Positions 22,511 through 37,300 of a stretch of 64,000 bases of DNA are shown here, in pieces. Position 1 is the first letter of the stretch. Each line of letters starts with the position of its first letter. The notes under the pieces are model-generated. The model did not search any database and was not told the DNA's origin. It saw only the letters and a list, made by a program, of their open reading frames with translations. The position numbers and the translations under genes are program-made. Source of the DNA: Tubiluchus corallicola (lineage: Eukaryota > Animalia > Priapulida); contig JAQGDQ010000155.1 in the NCBI GenBank assembly GCA_030141605.1, forward strand, positions 310,001-374,000, in the 5' to 3' direction.

Positions 22511-25500
22511 GTTACAGGGCTACCGCGTACAAAAATTACTTCACATTTAACTAAATACATGATTACATACTCTGTGTTATGGCAACGACAACGGTTTATA
22601 GTGCTGGGTATATATGCTGAACAAAATGAAAATGTTTCATCTAAACAGCTAGTTTCCAGTAGATACATTTGAGCATTTGTTGAACATTTCGCTTTTCAGA
22701 AATAAGTTGTAACTTCTTATGACAATTTAATATATCTAACTATATAATATGTAATAGAAAGCATGCGTTTTTCTAAAAATGCTGTTCTTGAATTTGCTGT
22801 GCTTTTCTAAAAATGCTGTTCTTGAATTTGCACCTTCATCTGATCTGCTTGCCTTGAACATGCAAAGGTCTCACTTGAAAACCGTTCAACTTGGGAATCC
22901 GTGGCCAGATACAGACCTCAAAGGCACGTATGGGATCTGAGAGAGTACTGTAAGCTCCCTTCAGTGACGTCTAAGGCTGAGCCCCAACCACAAGCGATTT
23001 TTTACTATTGGGTTATTCTTGTGAGTTCTAGAAGTTATTTCCTCATGCAATTTCTACTCACTGTCAGTTACTTGAACTGTTTTGACGCTAAATTATGCAT
23101 AATCATGAGCTTGCACACGTAAAGCGAAAAATGTTTAAGTCGGGATAAAATGTTTAAAATGTTTATGGGGTTACCGCCCATCAAATATCGCTTTGCTTAA
23201 AAGACAAGAAAAGGGGTACATGAAGTAGGTTTCAGAAAAATCGCCTTAAAAATTATACTACTTTACAGCAATTTTATGCGTATACCGTACTCGTGTTGAA
23301 AGGAATTTTTGTTTGTCTTCATTTTAAATCTCTTGCAATACTGTTCCGACGGCGCCATTACATGACGTCATTACGCCACGTAAGTCAGGGGAAGAAAAGT
23401 AAATGTTAAATTATGTCCCAAAAAAACTTGCCATGCGATTCTATATTACTTAGCTTTTCGCTTACCTATTGGAAAGACTTATGTAAGTAGAAAAGAATTT
23501 TTTTTATTATTTAAAATGTTTTCACCAATTGGTAAAATGTCGCTGACTCACCCTCCAGGGTGCACCACTCACTAACCAAAAAGATTTTTTATAATCATAT
23601 TGAGAGGATACAGTAACTTAAAATTTTGCTCAGTTAGTGACATGTGCGCTACGAATGCTCTGATTATTTTTTCAAAATTTACATAATGTTATCTAAACTT
23701 GTTTCAATGACTTCTCGTCAAAATGGCGTTAAACTGCCGATGCAAATCCTGTATGCAAAAAGTAGTGGGTAAGTAGTACAAAAATTCAAGACGAAGTTTT
23801 TATGCTTAATGTAAGTGAAAGTGTGCTTTTAATGTTGTTCTTTGCCTAAATACATTAGTTCCATGGGGCAAGGGCGGCATGTAGTAGTTATTGGTTGCCA
23901 ATCTCATATTATAGATACGGATTTCGCTATTTCATTTCAACTGGACGGTGAGATGGTACAGGAATTGTAAGTTCCGCTTTATATTTTGCTACATTGACAA
24001 GTGTTTAAACAAGATGTTCCTAGTGTAGGGTACAAGGACTAGGTTATGTTTGCAACATTCATCAAAGAGCGCAAACTGGCTCATATAATGTAAGCCTATT
24101 GTGATGGGACTGTGATTAAGCAATAAAAAGGTTTTTGGTTTTTAAGGATACCGGGCTAGCATGAACTGGCATGTAAATGATTGAATTAATCAGCTTCGTC
24201 ATCATCACTCATTTTCATCGCCATTGTCACCATTATCATCATCATCGTCGTCGTCATCATCATCATCATCATCATCATCATTATCCTGCACCGGATCAGT
24301 GAGTTTGTTTTGTTGTATCTATTATATCTATTTGTGGATCTTCCGGCACGAGCGATTGTTCATTGTTCAGAAGTTCAGTGCTATAATTATGAAGTACTAC
24401 ATTCTTATGAAGTACAACATTCTTATGAAGCATTTGTACAAATTTCATTATTTTTATCAAAAAACGAAAACACTCAAAATGAAGTTGGCGCTCACACACT
24501 GACTGGTAATTTTCACTCTTAGTAAAGGAAAGCTGTGTTAAATAGTACTTTTGATTAAATTGGTGATTAAATTATTAGGTTAGTAATTCAAGATTAAATG
24601 CTTGACGATGCCAGATTAAATTATCGTCGTGGTTAGAAGCCTAGTTAGGTGTGGCGTGATCAGCTGATGTTCGACCGGCTGACTCAGAAATAAAGATTGA
24701 TGATGTAATCCTTATGCGCAGAAGCTCACGGCGCATTAGGTAGTTAGACAAAAGTGTTTTGAGGCCCGCACCTCGGGGGAGATGAGGAACTGACTTGAAG
24801 ACGAAGGGCTGGCATTACTATCCTCTTATAATTACCGTGTTGTGTTTGATATTTAATAAATGTATAGTTTATTAAATATAGTTTTGATAGTTTGCCATGC
24901 CCATCGTGGCTACCTCACACGCCACACAATAAGCAATAATCAGCAAGCAGCTTTAACCACTATAATAAACAGACTTTAACGCAACCATTATACAAATTAT
25001 TTTACTCTTTCTTTGCAGAAGTTTGAAATTTTTTTCGCACATAAACAAAAACTCTATGCAATAATCTACAGTAAGCATATGCATGAAACTGTAAGGAAGT
25101 ATAAATTGGTTGAATATATGAGTAAAATATACAAATTTAAGTCTGTTGATGGTCAAAACGGAAATCTTACAAATTTTGTAAAAAGAATCATGACTTTTCT
25201 TAAAATTTTACGGATGCTTTGAAAAACTAATTTATAAATTGCTGGTTGATAGTACTTATAGAAGAAAAAGTATTTTAAAAAAACAAAAGCCAATGTGCAA
25301 ATGTAACAGCAAATTTCTAAATCATTCAAGTTATCCTTGTCATTTTCCATAGCGTGACAAGCAGTATGGCAAGCACTAAATGACAAATCAGTTACACCTG
25401 TGGTAAATGTAAACTTTTTAGTTGCTTCGCTGTAGCTTGTGTTTCTGAATGATGTGAACAGATTTAAACAATTTATGAACAACAAAGCAGCCTTTGCTTG

Positions 25501-26854
25501 CGTTTACTTTGTTATGACACGATAGAGTACTAGAAACAAGTTTCTACCGTAGGAACTCAAAATATCATCTTACCAAAAATACATACTGGATAGCTAATAC
25601 ATAGTTTCGTTGGTAACGAGGCTGTTTCTTTTGAGATTCGACAAGGGGGTTACATTGGACTGACGATCATTGGTGTACTTGCAGATAGTGCTGCACCACA
25701 AGGTGTTACAGTTTTATAGAAGTACATGCTTCAACTTTGAGATGGGTAAGTTCCATAATTTCGTGGTAGTATATGCCTTATTTAAACAAGTTTTCAGTGT
25801 AATGCACTGAGCACAGAAACCTCAATTTATTTGACATGAAGACGTTTCTTTCCATATTATAAATTAACCTACCTTTTTTAGTAGTTTCGTTTAAAAAAAA
25901 ATTATGAAAAGCAAACAAAAATTGAAAGGTCTATCTACGTATTCCAGGTCTATCCAGTGCACTGTGGGGCATTAAATATAAATAAACGGGCATTTTAGCG
26001 ATTCTCATTACGGTGACAAGCACTCGTTCAGAAATTATCGTTGCTGTTCTGTCGCTGCATATTGTTTCGATTAACACAGATGTGCACAGAATTTTCAACA
26101 ATATATGCAGAACAGAAGTTTCCTTTGCACGCATTTGTTTTTTTTATGACGCAATAAGTTTTTCTTGCGTTACAACCGGAAAAAGTTAACATTACCGATG
26201 TTTGAGGGTGTAATGTGATGTCGTGTCACGTGATCAGTCACATGCTGGCTTTTCGTTTGGCAGGCTAAATGAAACATGTCAGTGCGCCAACGTTTACTGC
26301 AGCGGTTGAAATATTTTACAAAAATTGGAGTAAACATGAAAACGTGAGCACCTTATTCGCATAAGATCATATTAAGGGTGACTTAATATGACTTATTATA
26401 ATTTTTTAATGCGAGTCTTCTAAAACTTACTGTATACTGCCCTTTTCGTGGAAATTTTAAACATAAGATGGCCTGATAAAATTACTCATACTGATAAAAT
26501 TAATGTTGATGCCTCAGTGCCTACAATACTTGGAATGAGACTTTGTAGAAAGACAATCGCCTGCGCGTCACCGATTGTGACAATCGTAAACCTCAGGCTA
26601 GAAACGTCGCCTCGCAACGGTTTACCTTACAACCACGCAGTTGAAACTTTTTGGTTTATAAGTAATATCAACATAAGCAATTAGACAACAAATCTGATAT
26701 CCATTAAAGTTTGAGTTTTACAAACCTTTCCAAATTTGCAAAAAGTACTCAAAAATTGCTAAAGTTTGCACGCGCTAGCTTCAATCGTGTTTTGACTTCA
26801 AACCTGCACTGCATGTTCATGATTTTTAAAAGTGGTTTTTGGAGCGGATGAAAA

Positions 26855-27745
26855 ATGGAACCATTTTTGCTTAATCCTGATGATAAAGGAACCATTCCAC
26901 AAATTGACAATTTCGATCCTTTTAAAGATGCAGAAAGGCTACAAAGAGCTGCCAAAGGGCCCGGTAAGTTATTGCACTTATTGGACACCTGATTAACGAG
27001 TATAGAATGTCAATTTTCATACAAATGTGTGGGAGGGCTAGAAAGACACAGCGAGGAAGCGAGTGAGACCGAGGAAAAGAATGAGTGAGGAGGAAGGGAG
27101 CACAGAGGGAGGGCAGGAAAGAGAGGTAAATTACAGCTAGATAGATAGACAGACACACAAACAATACATGGAGCATGTTTAATTTTTAGTTCAAAATAAA
27201 ATTTTGTATACTTTCTGAATAACACAAAACCTGCACATTAATAGCTGCTGCACAGTTTATTTTTACCAAATGTAGGAAAGTTTGGTACAAGTAACACTGA
27301 TATCTCTTGACAGAAACGTACTGCAAAATCATAGTTTGGTGTTCCGTGAGGCCCACTGTATGGAGTGAGAACTGTATTACTTGATGATGATGATGATTCT
27401 TGATGATGATAACAGTAGAAAATTAAAAACGTTTACGCTAATAACTTTTCAGCAGAAAATCCGATTTTTATGTCAATCTCTTCATCGAAACAAGCTCTTG
27501 TTTATGCATATACACGTATAAAAAACACTACTTAGATATAGCCTCAAATATCCATTAAATAGTTTGCTTGTTTGGAGCAGGTCTGACTGATGACTTCAGC
27601 TGTCACTGACCACTGACCATTCCACAGACGCACGTTAACGACAAGGACGTTATCATTATCATATTTCATGTCCTTTGCTGACAAACTCGACTATTTAACT
27701 AGGTGCGAAATGAATGAATGAATGATGATGATGATGATGGTGCTG

Positions 27746-27809
<64 letters not shown>

Positions 27810-27816
27810 CAACAAC

Positions 27817-27902
<86 letters not shown>

Positions 27903-28262
27903 TAATAATAATAAGAAGAAGAAGAAGAAGAAGAACAACAACAACAATAACAACAAATTTCCTTAGCTATTTCAGCGTAAGAAGCGGGTTACAAGGATTA
28001 CGTTATTACACTTTTTCCCTCTTACAAAAAATTTGCAACTCAAATTTTTTACAATTACGTGAGAAGTACAAAACTGCATTGCAAAAACTACAGTTAGAAA
28101 CATTAAATCCGCCTCTTCTACTGAAACTCATGTTTCTTACTATTGGAATGTTTGGTCTTCAATCAGTCTTTTTTCTCAAAACAGAAATATTCCAGAAAAC
28201 CAAACACGTCAGCAATTACTGAGATATTTTTTGATCACGTGACGAGAAGAAAGAGAAAGAAG

Positions 28263-28300
<38 letters not shown>

Positions 28301-28316
28301 CGCACGCTCGCACGCA

Positions 28317-28384
<68 letters not shown>

Positions 28385-31300
28385 GTGAGAGAAAGTGAGT
28401 GAGTGAGTGAGTGAGAGATGAACAGGAAAATTTAATGACTTTATCAATTTATAGGAACAGATGAAAAAACATTCATTGACATCCTTACAAACAGAAATAC
28501 CAGACAACGACAGGCGATCGCTGGCGCTTTCAATGAAAAGTACAAAAAGGTAAGCATCGCCCTCGTACTTGCGGATTACCAATACTTGCAAATTATCACA
28601 TACCAAATTCAATTTAGATGTCAAATTAACCAGTCTTTACTATATGCATAAATTCTCAATGAAAAAAGTGAAAATTCTCAATTTTCACTTTCATTTCAGC
28701 TCCTCTTCTTCATAATACGAGAGGAATTTGCGGCCTACATGGAAGCTACCCTCGTTGCTCTGGTGTCAAAGCCATCCTGGAACGATGCCAAATCCATCAA
28801 AAACGCAGTTAAAGTAAGTTCTCATATTATGCATTTAAAGCAAAAGCCAAGTCTCTCGGGAAGACGGGCTTATTCTAATATTTTAGAAAATGTTAGAAAG
28901 TTTCAGCAATGAAATTGTGATAATCGCCTCGTATAACAAATAATTTCAATTTAAAATCGCGATCATTTCACGCTTGAGCGCGCTCATCAAGTTTAAAAAT
29001 GGCATCATCTGGTTAACGTGCAATATAAGCCGTTATTCTGCCAAGTGCTTCAGTAATCTCTTTTGACTTATAGGGCGAAGTCTATTAACTTACCGCTCGT
29101 AAGTAACCCACCCGGCACCTAATGCATGCTCGCAAGTTTACATATGTATCTGAAAGGCTGTAAATTAATTACATTTACGTAATTAATGTACACTATTTAC
29201 GTATTTTACGGTATAATCCTGTGGGTTAAAGCTATGCAACCACTTTAATCTTGGTCATAATTGATCAAATGACTATTTTTTACATTTAATATGCACAATT
29301 AAATGCAGCGCTAGAATGATTGAACTTCTGAGTGAATTGTAGACATTTCTCAACGCGTACTTTTATCACAGCTTGCCTTCACACAACATTCACGCTGCCC
29401 AGCAGTCACGAGCTTAAGTCATTTTTTTCAAATGTGAAGGCAACGACGTTCGTTTTTATGCAAAGCATTTTATGCGCTTACCTTGTGTGGTGATTTCAAT
29501 ATTTTTTATATTTTTAAACGCTTTATTTTACAAAACATTAACACAAATACAATTAACAAATCACATACTTACAAAAACAACGCATACGGGAACACCTCTT
29601 TACAAATATAGGGCTCTTTTTAAGCGTATTTGATTAAAAAAATATAGCGTAATATAGCTATCCGACATCAATATTATGTCATCAGCATACATCATACAGT
29701 TGGTGTTGATGCCATAAACATGTACAGGATCACTTTCGGAGTCAAACATATCAGTCATTTACATAAATAGAAAACAAGACAGCACTTAAGACACATCCCT
29801 GCTTTAATCTTTTAAAGGAAGACCGGACGATTGTTTAGACTCAATCTCATTTTAATTTACTGTTCAAAATATACATTTTCTTGCCTATAAAAGTTAGCAA
29901 TTGTTCCTTATATTTGAGTAATTAGCTTAGAAAGTTAATTAACGGCAACCGAACACAGCTATTGCTTTCGTTAGAAACTAACCACAGTTTGTGCAATGGC
30001 AGTCGTCTTCCCTTGCGCGTCAAGCACATTTGCATAGGTGTTACAGTACTGCTTAAACGCATGATGTCACGAAAAATGGGCTTTCATCGTATGACGTCAT
30101 GAAACTAACACAGCAGTTTATGATCATGTTTATCACGGTACCGCCTTCTATTTGTTGTCCACGCGCACTTGACAAAAAGGCGCCTCTGCCAATCTTAGTA
30201 GACGAGTTTAACGAAATTTGAGTATTCGAGGTAATTATTATTTAATCTAAGCTTTGGTTTAAAATAAGCTATTGTAGTTTTCAATATTTTAGAACATTCT
30301 TTATTCTGAACTCGTGTTTACACAATCATCCGGTCTTCCTTTAATCAGTTATTCCACCTGGTAGCTTAACAACATGAGTAGCTTTACTCCTTCGCCACGC
30401 GACTCCCTGTTTTTCCTGTAAACTAGAAACTCGTTTCCATAATCAAGCATTGAGTCAGGTACGCTTCCATCCAGCCAGGTTTTCGTAACGGCAACATCAT
30501 TGTTTTGCGACAGGAAACTATTCTAGTCATGTGGCTTCTTGCAAATGGACCGGCTATTAAATAAAGTGCAGTTCAGCAGGGGTACTTGTTGGCGGCTTTC
30601 TCCCCTTAATGGTTTTCCTGCTCGTTGTAGGTCCAGTCATTGTATTGTTTCCCGTCTGATTGTTTAATGTATTTTTTCACCGCACAGTTCTTGTGGAAGT
30701 TGTAACTGTATATATTTAGGTGCTGCCATCTATTGACTAATCACTCTACATTTACTAGCTAAACTCACCCCTAGTATAATTGTTCGGTCCAGTGAATATG
30801 CATACTCACTGAATCTCCCCCTATTTTACTGCAATGGTATTTGCGAAGCCAAGTTTGCATAATTACTTCTACCTACATATACTGGCTGGATTTCACTTCT
30901 AGTCACTCTCTGTCTCAGTGGAGTGCAGTCGTGCAACTCATGTGACTCTCACTCTCAGTGCAGTGCAGCATTCGTGCTAATTATGTGTCTGTAGTTAATA
31001 AACACTTTTCTGTGCAAATATGTAGTATAGTTTTCTATTCTTGTTCTACAAGTGAGTGATCTACAACTTTAAACATGACTTTCACAGTTCTCCCGCACAC
31101 TAATACTCACAGAAATGTGACCGTGTCCTTCTTTATTCGTTGCTTCGTGTTCCATTCACGAATTTTGTCTCGCCTCTCTTGAATTAAATCACAGACTTCT
31201 TAGGAAGGCTAAATCTAATTTTTTTAAGTTTACTGTAAATTGCTACAGCACCATTTCCATTTGAGAATTTATTAAAAATTTTAATTTCTCTTTTTGTTAT

Positions 31301-34300
31301 TTCCTTACTTGCGCTATAAACAATACAACTTCAGTGGCGGTTCAGAGTTTAAATTAGCTGGGGTGCCGTTTTAGAAAATTTTGTGTTAATTTTTGTGTAC
31401 GCATATGTAAACAAAACAAACAATCCTAAACAAAAAATATTTTTGCTCAAATTATCGCAGCTAACGGGCTTAATCCATTCACGGTAAGCACGTGACAACT
31501 GACAAAACCAAACACCAAGCTGCAAAAAGAAAAGAAAAAGCAAAAAGAAGTATAAAGAAAGAACTAAAGAAAAGATAGGGGGCGCTACAGTTCCATACAC
31601 GAGCCGCCACTTCCTGGCCTGTGCATCAGAGTTTCTCATTTTGAACAACGTATAGTGTAATAGAATATTGTAACAAAGAGCGGGTGGTGCCAATTGTCAT
31701 ATACTTGAGAAGAAAACGTATGACGTAAGAGTAAAATTATTGAATTAAGTAACACGCCAGCTGTCTACCCCATAGTGCTCCATGCCGGTTGTCATTATGG
31801 AACGGGTGCTGGGATGGACGCACCGGTCAGTTAGCCCACTGAACCGACGAGGCCATTCCATACCAGCTACTTATAGCTGCAATGCAACGCTGATATGCTA
31901 TGGCTTCGTAATGGGTCAAACCATCACAATGCAGGGGGGTCGAAGAAAATGGCATTTCACTCGCATAAGAGTGTAATAGCGGCCTTACAATGCCCAATAG
32001 TCATGGCGAACTTTTCGACAAAGAACTCATTTGCTTAATTACCTTGCTTGGCTGGTCCGAAGACCTGTCCAACTTAGCCAAGTCAATACTTTTGAATTTA
32101 AGATTTATTTTTCATATTAAAGTACGTAAAATTGGACCACTGTGTGTAAACTATAGCATCGCATTTCGATGTGTTATGTAATCACGAGCACATTGGTATA
32201 ACTTTTATATGCGACACTTTGATATTTATTGTAATTTTCGATTACATCCTTATTATATCCTTAGAATTAGTCTAAAGTTCAGAGAAAAATCGTCAGTGCA
32301 CAATACAAGAAATGCATTAAGTGGGCTGCTATATAACCTAAAACCCCGAACTAATTACAAAATGGGGTCGTTATAATATTCCGGATCTGTACTCTAGAAT
32401 AACGTTGATGGAAAACTAAGATTCAAAGCCAGCTATAGACTGTTAAAAATGCTTTACTTACAAACGCTTTTATGTACCGGGTACAGATTCAAGATTTTAG
32501 AATTTCCGAATAGTGCTATTCTTTTAGCGTGTCTGATTTATAATTTTTTTGTATATAGATCAATATAACGGGCAGATTAATTTGGTTAAAAGTAGTTAAA
32601 TAAATATGAAACTTTTTGGTGTAACTTTATGTGTTTTAATATGTCATAGTTTAAATTATTTTTTGTAACTGCTAAATTTAATCGTAACTCCCTTTTATAA
32701 TTTTATTGTTCATAGTTATGTGTACTTTTTAGTATATAATTTTGCTTCACGTACCTTAAAGAATTTTGAACTGTTAATTTAAATCGTAATGTATTCTCAT
32801 TATTTTAATGCTCGATATTGCAAGTACACGATTTGCTTATTTAAATTGTTTCTTTTAATTTTACCAACTGCATGGACCATTATGGAAACATTGTTTACGT
32901 GCAATTTTAATGTATCTATGTAAAAAATAAATTTCTATCTATACTATCTATGTTAGCGAGAGCCACAACACTACGGAACCGCACCACGTGACCACGAGCC
33001 GTATAACGTTTCTTTACGATCTCGTTAAAACAATATTATCTCTAACACTTCGTTAAATTTATGTCGCTTTAGTGATTGATGAAGCTATCGTAATTGAAAA
33101 TACAATATTGAAAAGTACAGCAAGTAATATCCTGTACTGTACGACTGTTTACGAAAATAAATCGTAATAAATCTTGTCTCATAATGCGAAAACTCTAAGA
33201 TACGAAAGCCCCTCCAGAACGAATTAATTTCGTATCTCGAGCCAACACAAATCCCTCAAAAGTCAACTGTGATACACTTATTTTGCAATCTGCATTAATA
33301 CATTTCTGAGCACAGGTTAGTAGGCCTAAACACAAACAAATCGTCACTAGATCTACAGAAACCGTTTCCACACAACTTGCATTTCCTGCCACACATGTTG
33401 AGACAATCATTTCTAATTATGAATTCAAGTTACTAAACAAAATATAATTATGGTATATTCACATCATTGCCCCAGTCGATCACCAACATGTTAAGGTTAA
33501 AGTAAGCTAGCATTAGCGAATCAAATAGCCAGCTTAAATCAATGTAAATACATTTTCGTACACACTACAGACAACCAAAAAGTATAATCAAACTACACCA
33601 TTAACACCCTACTGTTTAAAACCCATGGAGCAGGCGAACCGAGACAAGCGGCGCGAAACTTACTGACGCGTCTGTTACAAATTGATATTTCTATGAAAAC
33701 CCCAAATAACCATTTTGACACTTCTTTGGTTGGCCCGCTATTACGACATGCACATAATATTGCGAATGCAATTTAATGGAGCTGAACTTTATTCATATGT
33801 GTATAGGGTTCAGGCACCGACGAAGACACGTTGGTTGAAATAATCTGCACAAGATCTATCAAAGAACGACAAGATATTTTAACTGTCTATCCAGGTAAGT
33901 TCTACAATGTGTCCTTAACTAATGCCAAAACAAGTACAGTAAGTCATCGCATAACGACGCTAATGCATTACAGTAAAACGCGTTGTCAATCGAAACCAAT
34001 GTATATTTTTCTGATTTGATGTTAATTATTTTGTTATTTTGGTTGTTTTATTTTTTGTACATGTATTTGTTCTGCAGTGTCGTAACTGATGTGAAAATAA
34101 ATTATTATCACTATTATTATTATTAAACGTAACTAAACGAAACATTGTCTTCCCTAAGAAACGATGTAAAAACATTCAGTTGTGTTTCAGGAGCAAAAAA
34201 TCAATAGCGCTTGGCTAAGTAATTAAGGTTCATTCACTGATTGTCTGTGGAGTTTTGAGCAGAAATATGAGTGATAAGCCTTGCTAGATAGTAAAGGCAA

Positions 34301-37300
34301 CTAACACAAAAGCTTTTGAGAGTCACAAAAGTGTACGTTAGAGGCAGCGCTTATTCCATTGTTTTCGTCACTTTTTAAGCTCGTTACAATTGTCAACGCA
34401 TCGAATATAATTGTAATTATACAAACTTTGTAATTTGCTCACCAAGTTTACGCTTTTTCATGTAACACGGCTGCTCTAGTTGTTATTTCTGAAATTTGTA
34501 TAAAAATGTACTGCCGTGCATGGTAAAATGTAAACCATTTTTTGTAAATCATTCTTACCTGTGCCATTTTTACCTAAATTCCTTTTTGTTTCAAAAAGTG
34601 CATAGCTTGAGTGCAAACCTGAGTTAAAGATTTGCTTTGTCAACGAAAGAAATTCGAAATTACCGATTTAAAGTGGCGTTTACGTAGCATCCGGATGCGG
34701 GGGTGCAGAATAGATAAAATCCGCTTTCGTCGTTTTCAATGAACCAATTTACGCAGCCTGTATATACGTTATTTTTCTGAAGCTATTCTTATTGATGGAA
34801 ACGCATACGCATCCAGATGCTACGTAAACACCACTTTACACGTTAAATTGTACAGCCTGCCTGGTATAGTTACAAATGTTTTAGGCAAGACGCTAAATTT
34901 GGACCATCGTTAAAAAATTTTCACTATTGAGCACTTAATTTAAGACAACCATTAAAAACTTATTAATGAACATAACGCGTTGTGTCTGGTACAAATTTTT
35001 TTGTTAAGAAAAAGAAACTCAAAATAATTGTATGTCTCGTGCATAATTTCGTGCAGCTTTTGTATGCTAAAACCTTTCTGATGAAAACAACTTACTTGGG
35101 GGAGGTAAACCAACACCCCTTTTCCGGTTTGTCATCAGTTATTTTATCGTCAGTGTGCAGTTCAGGGATATAATTTACTGTACCTAGTCCTTCTATTTTA
35201 CAATTTAATAATCTTTGTTTGATCTTTTTTTAGATTTGTTTGGCCCCAGCGCAATAACAGACATCAGGAACGATACGTCGGGCCTTTTTCGGGATTTACT
35301 ATGCACTGTGTTGACGGTAAGTACAGGGACTATGCTGCACAAACAACTGGTGCACCGTCCGAATACCTTTTCCGAACTTCTTGTTCTACAGGGTATTATA
35401 CATATATTATACAGGGTTAGTAAACTAAGAGCTAAATCAATTTTAGAGACTAATTATGTAATTATTCGTTCCATTTCACAAAAAAGCAAGAACTACAAGT
35501 CTATGTGAGTTAACTGCTCTCTATAATAGCAGTTGTAATACTATTTCCAGTGTGCATTAGCAACCTACTGGCAAAGTCCCTGTACAAAATTGCGTATAAA
35601 TACACTTATAGTCAAAAATACGCGAACGTCCTACATAGTCCTCATTTATAACGCAAAGCCAGCAGCTGTTTTTACTGAATTACAGTTATAATGTTATAGA
35701 CAGAGTACAATGGAATGACGTCAGAACAATGCAAAACGTCAGCAGTTTTCCAATCGAACCTCCAATCGTCCCAAAATGTAACCAGCATCATCGTGTATTC
35801 CTTTCCCTGTTTCTAAAGAGCCATATATCTTCTTTCAAGAGTCCCACCAGGCGCCGCTATAACGCTTTTTCTGTAGGCTGTTTAGTCAAAACTGAGAGCT
35901 GGCTCAGGAAAAACATCCTTTACGGTCGTGGCTCTTCCGCAAATTCTAAATAATTATGCCGATTACACCCACCATTAAATGGGCTGTTTGACTGTAGCCA
36001 GCACCACCCCGGCGTTCCCATTGTTATCGTAACCCTCGATAACTATGCCAAGTACACTCGCTTTGAGGCAATTAATTGCAATTAATTAATTACCTTACTG
36101 CGGGAGCTTCAGTTGGGTCGTTGATACGTTCACACACGACTTCGAACCAAATATGCGTTGTGATATAAATCGTTATCCCCCTAGTTGACAAACTGGCTCC
36201 GCAATAAGCCGTTTCAATGTGAATAATTTTGTGTATAGATTCGTGCGGCGGATAGTGTTTTTACGAGTAGGCACTTACGTATTTTCTCAATCTTACAAAG
36301 TAAATCGAACAAATAGGTAACAGTCATATACAGGTTTATTGAACGATTACTAAACATCCAATGATTGATAAAACGATTTAACAGTTAACAATTTTGGTTT
36401 CTTTAACGCTTTTGGCACTTACAACTATTGTTGATAAATCCCAGTTGAAGTTTTACAGTTTCACGTCAATAAAATTTATCTGCGACTCAACAATCGTTAC
36501 TTCATACAAAAGTACAAGTCAATATAAATTCACTCGACCTGTTTAACAATTACTGAATAGATTGTAATGTTACTTAACTTGTGGACTGACCAATCTTATA
36601 CGACTGTAATTGGCCAGATCCAAACTCCTAGTAGAGACGTTCTAAGCACAAGCGGTTTGGTTGATCAAACTACGCAGAAGTATCCTCTATGCTGAGCTAT
36701 AGTAACATTCTCCTAACTCGAGAATTTCTCTTCAACAGACCTACACGACAGCTTCTCGTCCACAACCCTTGACTTCCAGCAACCGACAACCGCTAAAACT
36801 CTCTCGGCACTCTCTTTTGAATGCAAGGTCAGCACCAGAATCGTCCTAAAATGTAAACCACATCAACACGCAGCATCACAATATTCAGTTGTGTTGTTCT
36901 AACCACCAATGTCCCATTTCCAACTTCCCTCCCTACTCTCTAAGCTTATTCTGTTCACTTTTTAGGCCAAACTAGACCCAGCTGTAAAAGAGAACGATGA
37001 TACAGCAAGGGAGGATGCCAGGAAACTGTTCCGCGACAATATCCATCCAAATTACGTTGCTCTGTTTGCCGTCCGGAGCCTTGCACACATGCGCAAAGTG
37101 AATGAGGAATTTCGTAAGATTTCACCAATCACAGTAGGGGATGCCTTCATGAAGGAAGCGAATAAGGACAATTTTCCAGGCGATTACATTAAAGCATTTG
37201 GGGACATCAGTAAGTACTTAGACATAGCTTTTGCGACGGAAATCGAAGTGTAATTCAAAAAAGGGGCGAAAATGCACTCTTTCAGGAAACATGGGCGGCC

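Noticed and set aside
24650-24926. Solo LTR candidates (TGTGGCGTG...CACGCCACA; also 30701-31065 and 36218-36707)
   Set aside because: TG..CA ends are present, but I find no target-site duplication or second copy to support them.
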